Below are positions 52,195-64,000 of a stretch of DNA of 64,000 bases, piece after piece (position 1 is the stretch's first letter; each line of letters opens with the position of its first letter). A model generated the notes under the pieces. The model worked only from the letters and a program-made list of their open reading frames with translations, ran no database searches and was not told the origin of the DNA. A program made the translations under genes and the position numbers. Source of the stretch: Tubulanus polymorphus (taxonomy: Eukaryota > Animalia > Nemertea); NCBI RefSeq assembly GCF_964204645.1, contig NC_134030.1, positions 10,251,947 through 10,315,946 of the forward strand, written 5' to 3'.

Positions 52195-55100
52195 AACAAA
52201 CAGATATCAAAATGCAAAAAAAAACGAAGTGCGAAATTACGGAAAAAAACAGTAAGGTCTCTCAACCTTGGACGGGGTTCTCCCACGTGTTTTGGGTTGT
52301 TTTAGAAGTTGGGAATTTTGTCCAGGCCCTGTGGTAAAGCTATGGAAATTGTGTTTTTTTTTTCTCGATGGCTATATGGAAAAGGTACGAAAAGTCAGAA
52401 AATGGTCTCAAAATAGGATTTTCCTTCTCTTTCGTATTTTAGGATGCCTAATTATGTCTTAACACGTATTTGATAGCAAACGTGATAAAAATGCTTTGTC
52501 GATGGTATTGATAACTGGCACTTGCAGTAGAACTAGTCGCTTAATTCAGATTTTTCAATCTTTTCAATATTTTCGCATAATTCGGATGAAATATTCGGTC
52601 CAGTTAACCTTGCATTCATAATTCGGATTTTACTAAATTTCGGAGAAATCTGGGCAGTCCGAATAAAGCATTTACTTCGGTTTTAGGTCGGTGACGTGTA
52701 ACGGTAGGGGTATGTAGAAAATCTATTATCTGTTGTATGGAAAAAGAAATTCAGAAAAACCCGGAAGAACCCAGCTAGGAGACAGAGAACGATTACGCAA
52801 ATCATTTAACATTGTACTGACTTTGAGAAATTTTAGTTCTCGAATAACGCTATGGAACTTCGGTTCTTTTTCTTCGCCTAATAAAACACGATCATCTCGA
52901 CGATCATCAACCGCTAAATTGACTTCATAAATTGAAGAAGTAATTCGCTGATTAGCTCCCTCGGCGGCCGGTGAAGATGTATGACATTTCGGTATGATAA
53001 TAAGAAAAGGATCGGTTTGAAGTTTGTTTGTTTGGGTAATCCGAATACCGTGTAATGAAGGCCGCGACGAAAAAATCTCGAGGGTCTTCATTATTATCGT
53101 CATCCCAGACCGCGTGCCGGAAAAAGCGAGATAAAGATCCTTGACGGTTTGCAATAAAAAACAAAACCGAAAAAACCTAATACCCAGCGGGTTAAATGTA
53201 TTATTGGCTAAGTTTTATGATCTTGAATTGTTCCGGGGGGATGGGGGGATGATATGCCTAGTCTCATAACAAACTATAACTTTGTCAGAATTTTCATTAT
53301 TATTACCTCGAACCTGGCCCGCATATGGAGAAGTTTTTTTGCGTCTATGGTCGAACGGGACCAAGCCATCATTACTGGGGCGATCATCGTTGTGTTGACG
53401 ACTCGCCCAAACGACGACTTTAAGCGGGCTGCAGGCTAGCGTCAAAGCCGCCTCAACAACAACTACGCCGCCTCAACAACAACTATGTGGTGGTCAATCG
53501 GTCAATTTATCTATTAGGATTGAAACTAAAACCGGCTAAATTCTGCGGCGCTGACGTAGAATTAGGCTAACACTCAGGCGGACTTGCCGCGCCGCATCAA
53601 AAACAACTATCATGTTAGAGATATCGGCGTCATAGCCGCAAACTTCCAAAATTGTCCGAAAATTACACAGGGTACTTGTGGCAGATTGGAAGCTAGCGTG
53701 TGGCCCGCTTTAGTCTGGGGATTCACAGATACGTTTTGCACATATCCATGAAAGAGCAAGTCAAAAATACTCGTTACTGTACAAATGATCCACCTAGACC
53801 CAAATTTGAATGCTATAGGTGTTTAACGAGCGCAAAAAATAAGCCAAGAATTGATGATGAAAATTATAGCTGTGTTTGGAAATGTTTGTTTGTATCAGGA
53901 TAAATGAAATTTATCTTATCTATATGTAACCGATATTATGTATATCGGGATGAATCAAAAACTTCCTACATTAGACCTGTATATAGAGGATTGGAAGATA
54001 CTTGAAAAAACCCCTAATCGCCGCTTTGCCGCTATATTTGATTCTATCGTCGATCGTTTTCTTTTTTCAACGTTTAACCCTGGTATATCGCGTATCGAAT
54101 GAGCGTCTATTACTAGCGCAAAGTGCAATGAATTATATCATCATTCGTATGAATTTTTTTTATTATGTCAGAACTCGTATTAGTATTAGTGATTATCACT
54201 CGCGCGCGTGATGTAAACTTCCTGATATCATTCGGATACATATGCTGGTATTTTCGCGACAAAATTTGATGGAAACGCGGGCACGAAAAGTAACGCGATG
54301 TTTTGAAAATGAAACTGAAATAAGGGGTTCGTTAACCGTCGATCTTCCGAGATGTGTTACAGGTTCTTACATTAAAAACGATATCGCGTCCCGTACGCCG
54401 TATCCAATAATAATAATAATAATAATTTTATTTTTCCATTTTTGAATTATAATAATCGTACAAAGTAATACAAATACGAAAATTCAAGATGGAGGGAAAT
54501 GAAAAAGCTGCAAAGTTACGTAGATGAGAATTTCCCATTTTTCCGCTTTTTTAGTCTTTCAGAATGTACGCATTTCCGAACAATGTGGATGCTGTGAGAT
54601 AAATCGTGGGGCTCACTGTGTCTTTTTTCCTCAAGAAGGGATCGCTTCTTGTAAGACTAAAGCCTGGCGCAAGCCTGGCGCACGCGAGGCGATCATCTTT
54701 ACCGGCAAACATCTGTTTCATGTGACTCTTCAAGATGGCCGCGCTACTGCCTCCGGTGGTGCCGTATTTGGAAGTATCACATGATTGTCCTGTGCAGTTA
54801 GCGCAGTTTGTATAGAGTAAAGGAATACTGGGAACCGAGAGGTCCCTAGTTCGAAACCATCTCCTGCATTGGCTGTCGAGACACGTACATGGACTAAGCT
54901 CTGCTAACTTAGGTTGTGAGCCATAACAACCTATAAAAAGGCCCTGGCCATTTCTTATGACCCACTAGTGTTGCACTGTTTGTTACTAGCAGTTGGGACG
55001 TAAAACTTCTGAACTCTAAAATGGTAATTATTCGCTCACTCATCGGCTAGTTGATGAGTTGCTTGTCGCTTGGTGTCTCCAGCTGCTGCCCACACAAAAA

Positions 55101-58100
55101 TTATCCGTTGCTCAATATCAAACAAGCGAGTCAAAAGTCAAGTGGCCACCCGGTATAGGTCGTGCATAGATTACAATTATAGCTCGTCGTCGTCATTTTC
55201 TCGTTGCAGATTGTTTCAGCCGTGGTCAAATCTATTGCGTAACTGGAATGTACTGGCCGTCACCCATCCCGGATACGTAGCCTTCCTCACGTACGACGAA
55301 GTGAAAGCGCGACTTTCCAAATACATCAATAAACCCGGCAGGTAAGTGTAGCGCGTAGATTTTTGCGCAGCTTGGAATAACTCGGGAGTGCGGGTCGGCT
55401 GCCCGTGAAAATTCCGCAACATTTATTATTAAAAAAAACAATAACTTTTCAGTCCAAAATAATTTTTTTTTCTTGATATTTTTGCGTTAATTTTAATTTG
55501 CGTTAATTTAATATTTCTAATCATTTGCAAAAATTTGGGTTTCTACCATTATTCGAATCGGAAATGATACAATTTTTCTAACTTATGAAAAAAAAAATTC
55601 TCCAAGTCTCGAAAATTTCATGTGGAAAAAATTCATGATTCTCGTTGTCTTGCATCAAAAAAATGTCTGCTACAGTAAAAAAATTTAATTTTGAAATTTT
55701 CCCGAAAAAATATTTACTCCAAGTAATATAAAAGAAGACCTTAACCGTGAAAATTGACCAAGCCGAGCATTTTCTGTCAATGGCAGGATTTTGAAAAAGG
55801 GATTCTCTCAAATTTTTCTAAGAAATTCAAAGAAAGGGCACCATTTTGAGAAAAAAAACGTAAAAATTCCTAGTAGTTTCTGTGCAACGTAGCTGAAATG
55901 GTACTAGGTCGCATCTCTTTTAATAAGCCTATCATCTCCAGTGCTCTACTGGTGTAATGCCGTATAAATCAGGGTGGCCTGGGAAAAAAAGTCAGACAAT
56001 AGTAGAAAAAAAGTTGAAAAGTTGGGGAAATTTGATGAAATTGCTCTCACCAAATTACGCGCGATCAAACTGTTTCCGTCTAGATTTTAAGGGGCGGCTC
56101 TAGGAAATTCGGAAGGCAGGGGTCCTGGTGAAATGACTTAGGCATTTTGCAGATATATAACAGGGCAGCATAAGCTTCAGATTCCGAAACCTGGTGTTTG
56201 TTATTTTTCCGAGAGGATGAGTGTCAAATTTTCAGGTTTTATCGATCTTTGTCTTGACGAAATGGGCAACTCCAATGGGAAAGGCACGGGTTCGGAACTT
56301 AAGTATTTGACTATATGTTAGTTGGTCGCATTCTTAGGCTTCGGATTCCAAAGCCTGGTGTTAGTTATTTTTCGGATGAGTGTCAAATTTACAGGTTTCA
56401 CCGATCTTCGTCTTGACGAAGGCAGGGGTTCGGAACCCCGAGACCACCCTTTAAATCGGCCCCTGATCTTAAGTATTTGACTATTGGTCGGATTCTTAGC
56501 AGATCAAGTCAGGGAAAACAGCGTGCGAAGTCAGAAAATATTCGGGGGGGGGGAGCAATTAGAATATAAGAGGAAACCTGGTAAACACCTTGTTTCTTTC
56601 AAACTTGCCCTACGAAAAGAGTCAGACCCTCGGAAAACCGGCCCTGACGTTACGCGCGTTATTGACATTATCATCCGTCGTATCGAGTCGTATTTCATCA
56701 TCGTCGTCGCGTCGTTCTTCGCGCGCGCCGAGGAGGTTGCCATTGTCGGTTGACTCGCGCGTAGCGTTTCGCCCCCGCGTGCGTGTTGTAATATTTTCTT
56801 GGATTAATCTTTTTTGTTCTCATTCCGGTTTCCGACGACGACGGCGTCGATCTCTATCCCTATCCGTATTATCGCGTTACGTTTAACTGGAAAAATGTGG
56901 GCGCGAGCGCGTGTGTGAAAATTAGAAAGACATTGCTCGATCATCGGTTTCGAGAATTCAATTGGAAACCCCCGCGACGCGTTAATCGGGAAGTTGACGC
57001 ACTCTCTCGCCTCCTCACATATCCTGCTTAATTTTTGGCAAAGCGCCATGATTTGAAATGATCGCCGCATAGAAATGATGCTGGTACTTAATAGAAATGT
57101 TTTTTTTTTAAAAAGAATTCCGCGATTGTAGTTTGCGATTTTTCTGCTGATACTATTAAGCCGGTAGTTCTCCCACCCCCGTTTTTACCAATCAATAAGC
57201 CAATTACAAAGAAGATATTAAAAAAAGCTTACGATTTTTATGCCCAATTTAGTTCTACTGCTTGCCGGTTTGAACATGGTTCCTACAGCCCCTAAAAATC
57301 TGGTATTCCTTTTTTTGGGGGGGGAGAAGTACCCTAAAATTCTGTACCTCGGGTCCGTAAAATACCCTGAAAATTCTGGAAATCATGGCTGTTAAAAGAA
57401 TTTATGATCAATTTTGAATATGATGCTATATGTGAAACATAATCCAAATAGCAGGCTATTAATTCCTTTGAATGGGTTTTAAGTTAGGTGGAGGTATAGC
57501 AGATTTTTACAATGGGCCCTTACGATTTAGGTTAACACCCCCTAAAAAGCCCCTAAAATTCTGGAAAGATAAATCTGTACGACGTGTTCTAAATTCAGTT
57601 CTTCTGCCCCGAGTTAAGATTGACCAAAAAAAAGACCGATCAACATGATGTTCTAAGTTTTTCGAAAGCTAATAATAATAATAATAATAATAATAATGAT
57701 ATGTGTCTTATATAGAGCTTAATCCAGCCAGGCTGCTCAGAGCGCTTTACATTTTTCGGTATTATTACCCCGGCCAATTTTATACTCTAACATGTATCAG
57801 TCATCTCTCCCTGGGGAGAAGTAACACCTAGCTGCTAACAAGCGCTCAGGAGTCCTATCAGGCCAGGTACCCATTTACTCCTGGGTGGAGAGAGGCAATG
57901 AGGATAAGTGTCTTGTCCGAGGACACTACGGCAATGTACGGGGTTCGAACCCACAACCTGGCTTCCCAGAGCCGAAAGCTCTAACCGCTCGGCCACACCA
58001 CTCCACCAAGCTGACAATTTCCATCGGCGTCAAATCGCGGCTCGGGTTATTGAATGATCCGTTCGGGGCACGGGCCAATTTAGAACGGAGTGAAGCCGGT

Positions 58101-58640
58101 GAAAGCTGATTCTGTGTTGTCATGATATAGCCTATATATACACAATGGAACCTCATTACAACAAACTTTGGAGGGGAGGGGGACCGTGTTGAAATGATAT
58201 AGCCTGATATAACCGATAAATCGTTTTGTCCGCGGACGTTGTAACGAGGTTCCTTTGTAGAATCCCGCGGTGATTAAACGAGAAAGATGGAAGCGCGAAA
58301 AGTTTCCTTCAAGTTAATAGTTAATTGATTCGACGTTTAGACTGTATACATAATGGTCCCTCGTCTTCAGGAATGAAACTTATTGAACCTCATCTTTCTC
58401 GTTTTATTAGCGTCGGATTCTCTGTATACGTACGAAGCCCAACATAAGGTCGCGTAAGATCCGACCCGGTTCTCGATTCGTACGGAATGGATCTCTTGCG
58501 ACCTTGTCACCAGCAGCAGGAGTAGCTGGTGCTGCTGCTGCTGCTGGTGACAGAGTTATACAGAAATCAACAGCACACCGTGCATTTGTGTGTACTTATA
58601 ATGAATATACAACCTAATAATCAACAACTCTCTCGTGGTC

Positions 58641-58681
<41 letters not shown>

Positions 58682-61600
58682 ATCTGAATAACGGTGACTG
58701 CGCACCAGCCGCCTCCGCCGCCGCGCTGCTGTCGTAATTCGGCCTCGGAGGTCAGTTCATGTTCATTATATCACGCCGAAAATTACGTTCGTGTTTTATG
58801 AATTACTATATATATATATATCGTACTTCCTAGGATTTATTACTACACTGTTCTACTACGCGCGTTAAATGTACGGCATGAAATATATGCGATGGTGTTT
58901 CAAAAATTTGCGATGTAATTCTTTCTTAGCTCGGTGTCATATGAAGAAGAATTGACATTTTATGTCCAAATAACCACCTTTTTTGCCATATTGCTGTTCT
59001 AAGAATGAGAAAAGAAATTTTACCATGAATTACGGTAATTTTCCACTTCATGACAGAACAGTTGCGATTTAGAATTACATTGCAGGGACTACAGCTTAAA
59101 CCTCTATGAACTTAGTAGGATATAGATATTATATCGATCTCATGGATTTGGCCCCTTTAAAGAGAAATTCGACCACCCTGGTCCCTTTTTAAAAAACCTG
59201 GGGAAACCTATGCTTTATGAAAATATATACTGGCTCTCGGGCTTCCGAGTGACCCTTATTCTCATACTGTTTGAGTGTCTGTCTTTCAGCCACCACCGGT
59301 ACTTAGCTTTGTTAATATTGGATCGATCTTGATGAAACTTGGGTACAATGTTAGTGTAGGGGTCTAGTTGTGTGGTGCAATGATTAGGATTAGGATTAGG
59401 ATTTTATTTACACTCCAACCATTTCTATGGTACATGGAGGGAGACTTATACAAAGTATACAATATTTAGAAAGTGTGGCCGAGTGTGCCACCTAGCGGCG
59501 GAACTAGCCACTATAAACACATGACCTTGAAGATGATCTTAGAACTGAGGAACGGGGTCGAAATTCAAAAAGTTGTCTTGACAAAATTTAGCTATTGGCC
59601 CTCGATACAACATATCCAAAGTGCAGTGGGAACTAATGCTGATTATTTTATTCGTTTTGAGCCTGAGCCCGAAAACCGTTGTCGCCTATAGCTTATTTTC
59701 CATTGAATGTGTGTCGGACAAAGTCTCGGACATAGACCTGGTTAAAAAGTTTTTGGGTCCGCGCGGTACGTACGTATATAACATACCAACGTAGATCAAC
59801 GTGGTTCAGCTCTTGAAAATTTTTCTGAATGAAATCACAATTTACTATTCACACGCGAAAAGCCTGCGGAATATTTTTCTGGCACGTTGGTGCGTCCTAT
59901 ATGATAACCTCTGCACACCATCTCCCTTCTTATCGGCGCTCGTTAAGGGTGAACTTACCTGGAAATGATAGGGAAAAGTAGGAGAAATTTCTGTTCTTAA
60001 AAAAACTTTGCGGAATAGTCAGGGAATTTTGTAAAAACTGAAAAGCTAAAAATCAGGGGAATTTATTGAGATCGCTAGATGGCGTAAAAAATCAAACAGT
60101 TTCCATCTATGTATTTGACTGTGTTAATTCAGTGGACTCTTCATGGATCTATTCAGCGAAAACAACGTGTATGTCAGGGGGAAAACAAGCCGAATAATAG
60201 CGGCCATACTGATGAAGGTTACTCTTTTTGATCCACATATTTTTGTTGCTTATTCCGATTACTGAAAATCCTATCGATCTTAATTTAATCAAAATGCTCT
60301 CTCCTGGTTTTTTTGCAGCTACGTTTTCCGATTGAGTTGTACGCGTTTAGGACAATGGGCGATCGGCTACGTGACGACGGACGGACAAATTTTGCAGACG
60401 ATTCCTCAGAACAAGTCGTTATGTCAGGCGCTGTTAGACGGACAACGAGAAGGGTTGTGAGTATTTTAGATTTATTTGCCGGGGCTCGGCCGGCGTGTAT
60501 TATAGATACGTGTTTTTTGCCCAGATGGGGGGGGGGGCTGTGCCTCTTTGGCCCGATGAAAAATGTTGGACCAGGCCCGTGCCAAATTTGAGCATAGGCG
60601 TGATTGTTGCTTGTGAATTGCAGAGTTGCCACTTCTCCGGAATTCCGGATTTTTAAAAAATCCAATTTCATTTCCGGATTTTCGGGAGAAGTCAAATAAC
60701 CACAAAAGAAAACAGCGCGAAAAAAATAAAATCAATTCGGGATTGGACCCTAAACATCAAAACGTAACGGCTCCGTAGAGGGTTCGAAAAAGCCGTATTG
60801 TGCTGCCACGTAGTGGCAACAACCCCGCAGTACACGATTAAACCAAGATGACGCGACGATCGAATTCGACTGACGCTTCGTTTGTTTTTGGCTCTGATTT
60901 ATATATGAGGTGTATTTGACGGAACCAATCGCTATTTGAAAAAATGATCTATACACATTGTTGTTATTGACATATCTTGGAGTTAGTGAGTGTATAACCT
61001 TTGAGAAAATGCTTACTGAAAGTTTGAAGCGACAGATTTTCATTGGATTTTAATTGACAGACGTGAAAATTGATACACACTTCCGGTAATGAAAGTGAGG
61101 CCTATAACGCGTATTGCGCCAGAACGCATCTCCTGGCGTTCTAATTTCAAAAATTTTTCTGGGGGAGGGCCCCGAGACCCCCCCACTTATTTTCCGGATT
61201 TTTAGCTTCACATAAGTGGCGCTGGAATTGTAACCGGTTCCGGAAATGGCTCGCTTCGGTTTGTTTAAGCATTGTTTAGTATCGAGTGAGTGGTTTGTGT
61301 GTGAACGCGCTCTCTAATTAGGCACGGGCCGAATTTGGCTCGGACCTGATCCGTGCCAAATCGTCTCTGTGCGATCACGACTATTAGATATGGTCATCTA
61401 TATGGTTAACGTGTATTTCTCAATGACCGGCACAGTAATATGGTACTGTGTACCGTGGAAATGGAGGATTCCTCTTTTGGCAAGTGACCATCTTCCAGCT
61501 GCACTTAAGTTACTCAAGCTATCTAGCTGTGCGACATTCCATTTCTCCTACTTTTGGATTCAGATCCGATTAACTTATGTCTAAAACCTTTAAAATGCCA

Positions 61601-64000
61601 AATTATCCTAATCATCAGAATGCTTGGCTTCATTGGCTGGGAGCTTAGTCGAGGCTCAAGTCCAAAAGTGGTCTCAAATCTTAAGTTGTTGTCTTAAGTT
61701 GTTGTCTTAAGTTGTTGTCTTAAGTTGTTGTCTTAAGTTGGCTATAGAACTAAGTTGGTCTTAGACTGTGCAACCAGCCCCTGACCCCTTATTTATAATT
61801 TCCAATATGGGTACCAAAATATGTTCGAAATGAACTTCTCGATGAGCATTTCGAAGAATTCCAACCAATTAATGAATTGTAATTGCCATGTCCATTGGCT
61901 TAGCGTTCAGCTCGGTGGCTCGGCTTTCGTACCTTACACACCATCCAAATCTTAAATCAAGCCATTGTAGCTGCTTACAGTTCCTGATTTTCAGTATTCG
62001 TTGCTATTTTATAACGAGAAAAACAAATTCGTTATGTTCAGTGCACACAGAAATATGAAAGATGTTACTGAGGGTCTTACTGTTGATTACGGATTAATTT
62101 GAACGTTTTCTTTTATATTTCGATGAAACGTTGCTGAAAATAATTCGTTAGTCATAGCCCTCGCTCAGCCGTGATTATCATTAAAATCTCGTTCATGGCT
62201 TACCATAAATCGCATCTTTTGAATTGCTGCCCCTGCCGTCGAAAGCTAATCTTAGTCTTGATCTATATCATTCGTAAACCACACGCGTGAAGACAGAGCT
62301 GGTCTTTTCATGGTTTCCGAGAATGTAACCTTAACTCGCCTTTATCAACTGACGCTAGTTTCGCCGCTGTGGCGTTCAGTTTTGTTTGCCTATGGAGAAG
62401 GTGAGAAGTTCAATTCCGTGAAAGATCGAGATTATTCCGCCACTAACAAGGATACTTGCCAACGGTCGGGGGCGTTCGTTCAGAACACTCGTAGTCTGAC
62501 GAATTGCCAAAGATGACGGGGGTCGTGGCTCCTACTTAATAGAGCTGATTTTTAAAAATCTTAAAATAGGGATTGACCCTGTTATTTATTTGGTTGGTAA
62601 ATTTCGTTTCATTTTTGTTCGTATCGAGTGTCCCTTACAGACCCACCACACCTGCTGGGAGCGAAACAGTGGGTTTGATTTTGAAATCGGAAATCGAAGT
62701 ACATATTATAGTTGTGTGATCGGAGGTCGAATTTACAAAATGTTTTGTTTTTAGATCGAAGAACGTAATTGTTAAATTCGGTTAATTCCACACTTATAAG
62801 AAAGATTATTACAATACTCTTTTTAGGGCTCATTTAACTCCAGGTAAATATCTAGTTAATTATTAAGTAGACCGTTATATTCGATGTCGAATCACTGTCC
62901 ACTGTGGAGAACACCGAAATCTGTGTATACAGTAGATGCCGGTTGCCTCAGATTTCGCGAGACCAATTAATTGTGCTAGGTATGCGAATACCTGGCAGTT
63001 GGGAAGCGCCATAACAGCTGCAGCCACGTCCCAACATTTTTGCCGACAGTCTTTGTCAGTATCGGCGTGCTATAGAGTCTACCGTATATATTTTTTCGAA
63101 TACACGAGTTCTTCGCGAGATATACAATACGAACTTGACGTGAAAACTACCTTGAGATGGAACGTAATATCATCTACTTTCTACGCATCTACTTTCAGCT
63201 ATTTGAACCCAGACGGCCGAGCGATCAATCCCGATTTGAGCAACCTCGTCTATGACGTGCCTGAGGATCACATCCGCGTCACGCAAGAACAATACGAGCT
63301 CTACTGCGAGATGGGCTCGACGTTTCAGCTGTGCAAAATCTGCGCCGAAAACGACAAGGACATTCGCATCGAACCGTGCGGACATTTACTGTGTACGCCG
63401 TGTTTGACCAGCTGGCAGGTAAACATCCGCTTCTGACATCCCCTGTCTTATGAATTGATAAATGTTTGGGAATTAACTGATGAGATAGGGAATGATTTTA
63501 TAGCAAATAAAAAGAAGCGATGCTTCTGTCGAACCTGGGTTTGGGAGGACATCGTAGGGTCGCAATACATGTGTTTTAGCAAGGCCAACACAAAATTAGT
63601 TTCTTCATATGTTCAGTTCATCTTGCGTAAATCCTTTATCATCTGCACTGTTTACTGGGTCCAGGGATTGGTTCAAGCTGAGCATAAGACAGATAATGAC
63701 CAGCAATTCAGAATATTTCAACTTCATAGTCAACTGGATAATCGGGTCAACTTTTGAATGAGTGGTCCCGTATCGAAAAGTGTGTAAAGATTAAATCGGG
63801 CGATTGAAGTTGAAAGTTCGAAAATCTCGGACACGTTTATATTACACGACGTGTACTACATGTGTATCATATCTTTGTAGGACTCTGAAGGTGTCGGCTG
63901 TCCCTTTTGTCGCGCGGAGATAAAAGGCACCGAACAGGTGATCGTCGACCCGTTCGATCCGACGCGAATGCATGCGCGCGACAGCGAGGTCGGACAACGG
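46661..64000 (+). CDS. CBL: E3 ubiquitin-protein ligase CBL (Cbl/Cbl-b family), 5' part: 4H-EF-SH2 (TKB), linker, RING; continues beyond window
   Basis: Exons: 46661-47220, 48431-48577, 55210-55341, 60319-60456, 63199-63418, 63881->64000. Motifs [134 protein letters not shown]. Confidence 0.97.
47566..47691. mobile_element. Short palindromic MITE (GGGCC...GGCCC, CTG flanks); similar at ~31857-31957, ~14978-15108, ~36960-37058
   Basis: CTG|GGGCCAGTTGCTCAAA...TTTGAACAACTGGCCC|CTG. Confidence 0.6.
47890..48170. repeat. Long foldback (hairpin) element in CBL intron 1
   Basis: Arms ctatactgaaaggcaggaaacgctcctatc...acttaaatctaccc / gggtagatttaagta...gatagaagcgtttcctgcctttctgtatag, with a ~25-nt loop and CATC...GATG ends. 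Confidence 0.8.
50670..50920 (+). mobile_element. Same SINE family (5'-degenerate), CBL intron 2; a further 3' fragment at ~1680-1815 and a degenerate head at ~20510-20650
   Basis: gggcaagacactcatcttcattgcctct...atgggtacc...gatgactcctgagcgc...ttggagcgcatttgaact...gatacctgcgctatgtaaat. Confidence 0.8.
54790..55018 (+). mobile_element. Second tRNA-derived SINE family (degenerate)
   Basis: A-box-like TAGCGCAGTTTG, B-box-like AGTTCGAAACC, and a 3' gggacgtaaaac motif. Confidence 0.45.
57671..58008 (-). mobile_element. Full-length tRNA-derived SINE (CORE-like body, LINE2-like 3' tail, (ATT)n end)
   Basis: On - strand: A box TGGCCGAGCGG, B box GGTTCGAACCC, body gtgtcctcggacaagacacttatcctcattgcctctctccacccaggagtaaatgggtacc, tail gtaaagcgctctgag...ctatataa, then (ATT)n. 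Confidence 0.85.

Noticed and set aside
51700-53154. Duplicated ~170-bp block (51700-51890 vs 52280-52440) and 142-aa ORF 52726-53154
   Set aside because: Looks like degraded repeat DNA. The ORF lacks a true ATG start and any domain signature.
57930-58008. tRNA-like sequences (also ~9686-9712, ~35750-35820, ~54795-54865)
   Set aside because: They are SINE heads or MITE termini, with no complete cloverleaf or acceptor stem, so they are not called as tRNA genes.
61676-61742. 13-bp tandem (cttaagttgttgt)n
   Set aside because: Slippage expansion inside a small MITE also present at ~47450-47562.

Overview
AT-rich, intron-rich animal (invertebrate-like) genomic DNA. It is not prokaryotic, and the species cannot be fixed from the sequence alone. 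By following splice sites and reading frames by hand I reconstructed five spliced genes. Left to right: an unnamed 298-aa secreted/GPI-type two-Ig-domain (V + C2-like) gene (-, 2840-4764), which belongs to a tandem array (pseudogene fragment at ~6.45-6.86 kb, and a paralogous upstream region at the left edge); HAUS5 (-, 16 exons, 634 aa, intron 3 is a minor-spliceosome U12-type intron); TBC1D23 (+, 16 exons, 673 aa); TMEM147 (-, 6 exons, 229 aa); and the 5' part of CBL (+, TKB-linker-RING exons, running off the window). HAUS5/TBC1D23 and TMEM147/CBL are both head-to-head pairs. Introns and intergenic DNA hold many non-autonomous elements: tRNA-derived SINEs, piggyBac-, pogo/Tc1- and Harbinger-like MITEs, a Helentron/HINE-like element, CATC-ended MITEs carrying collapsed Pol III A/B boxes, and a 178-bp minisatellite. 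The most notable signals are the U12 intron, the apparent ancient linkage of these genes (human 3q12-13/19q13/11q23 paralogon) next to a V-C2 Ig array, and the MITE families with tRNA-like boxes. Most entries in the supplied ORF track are spurious.
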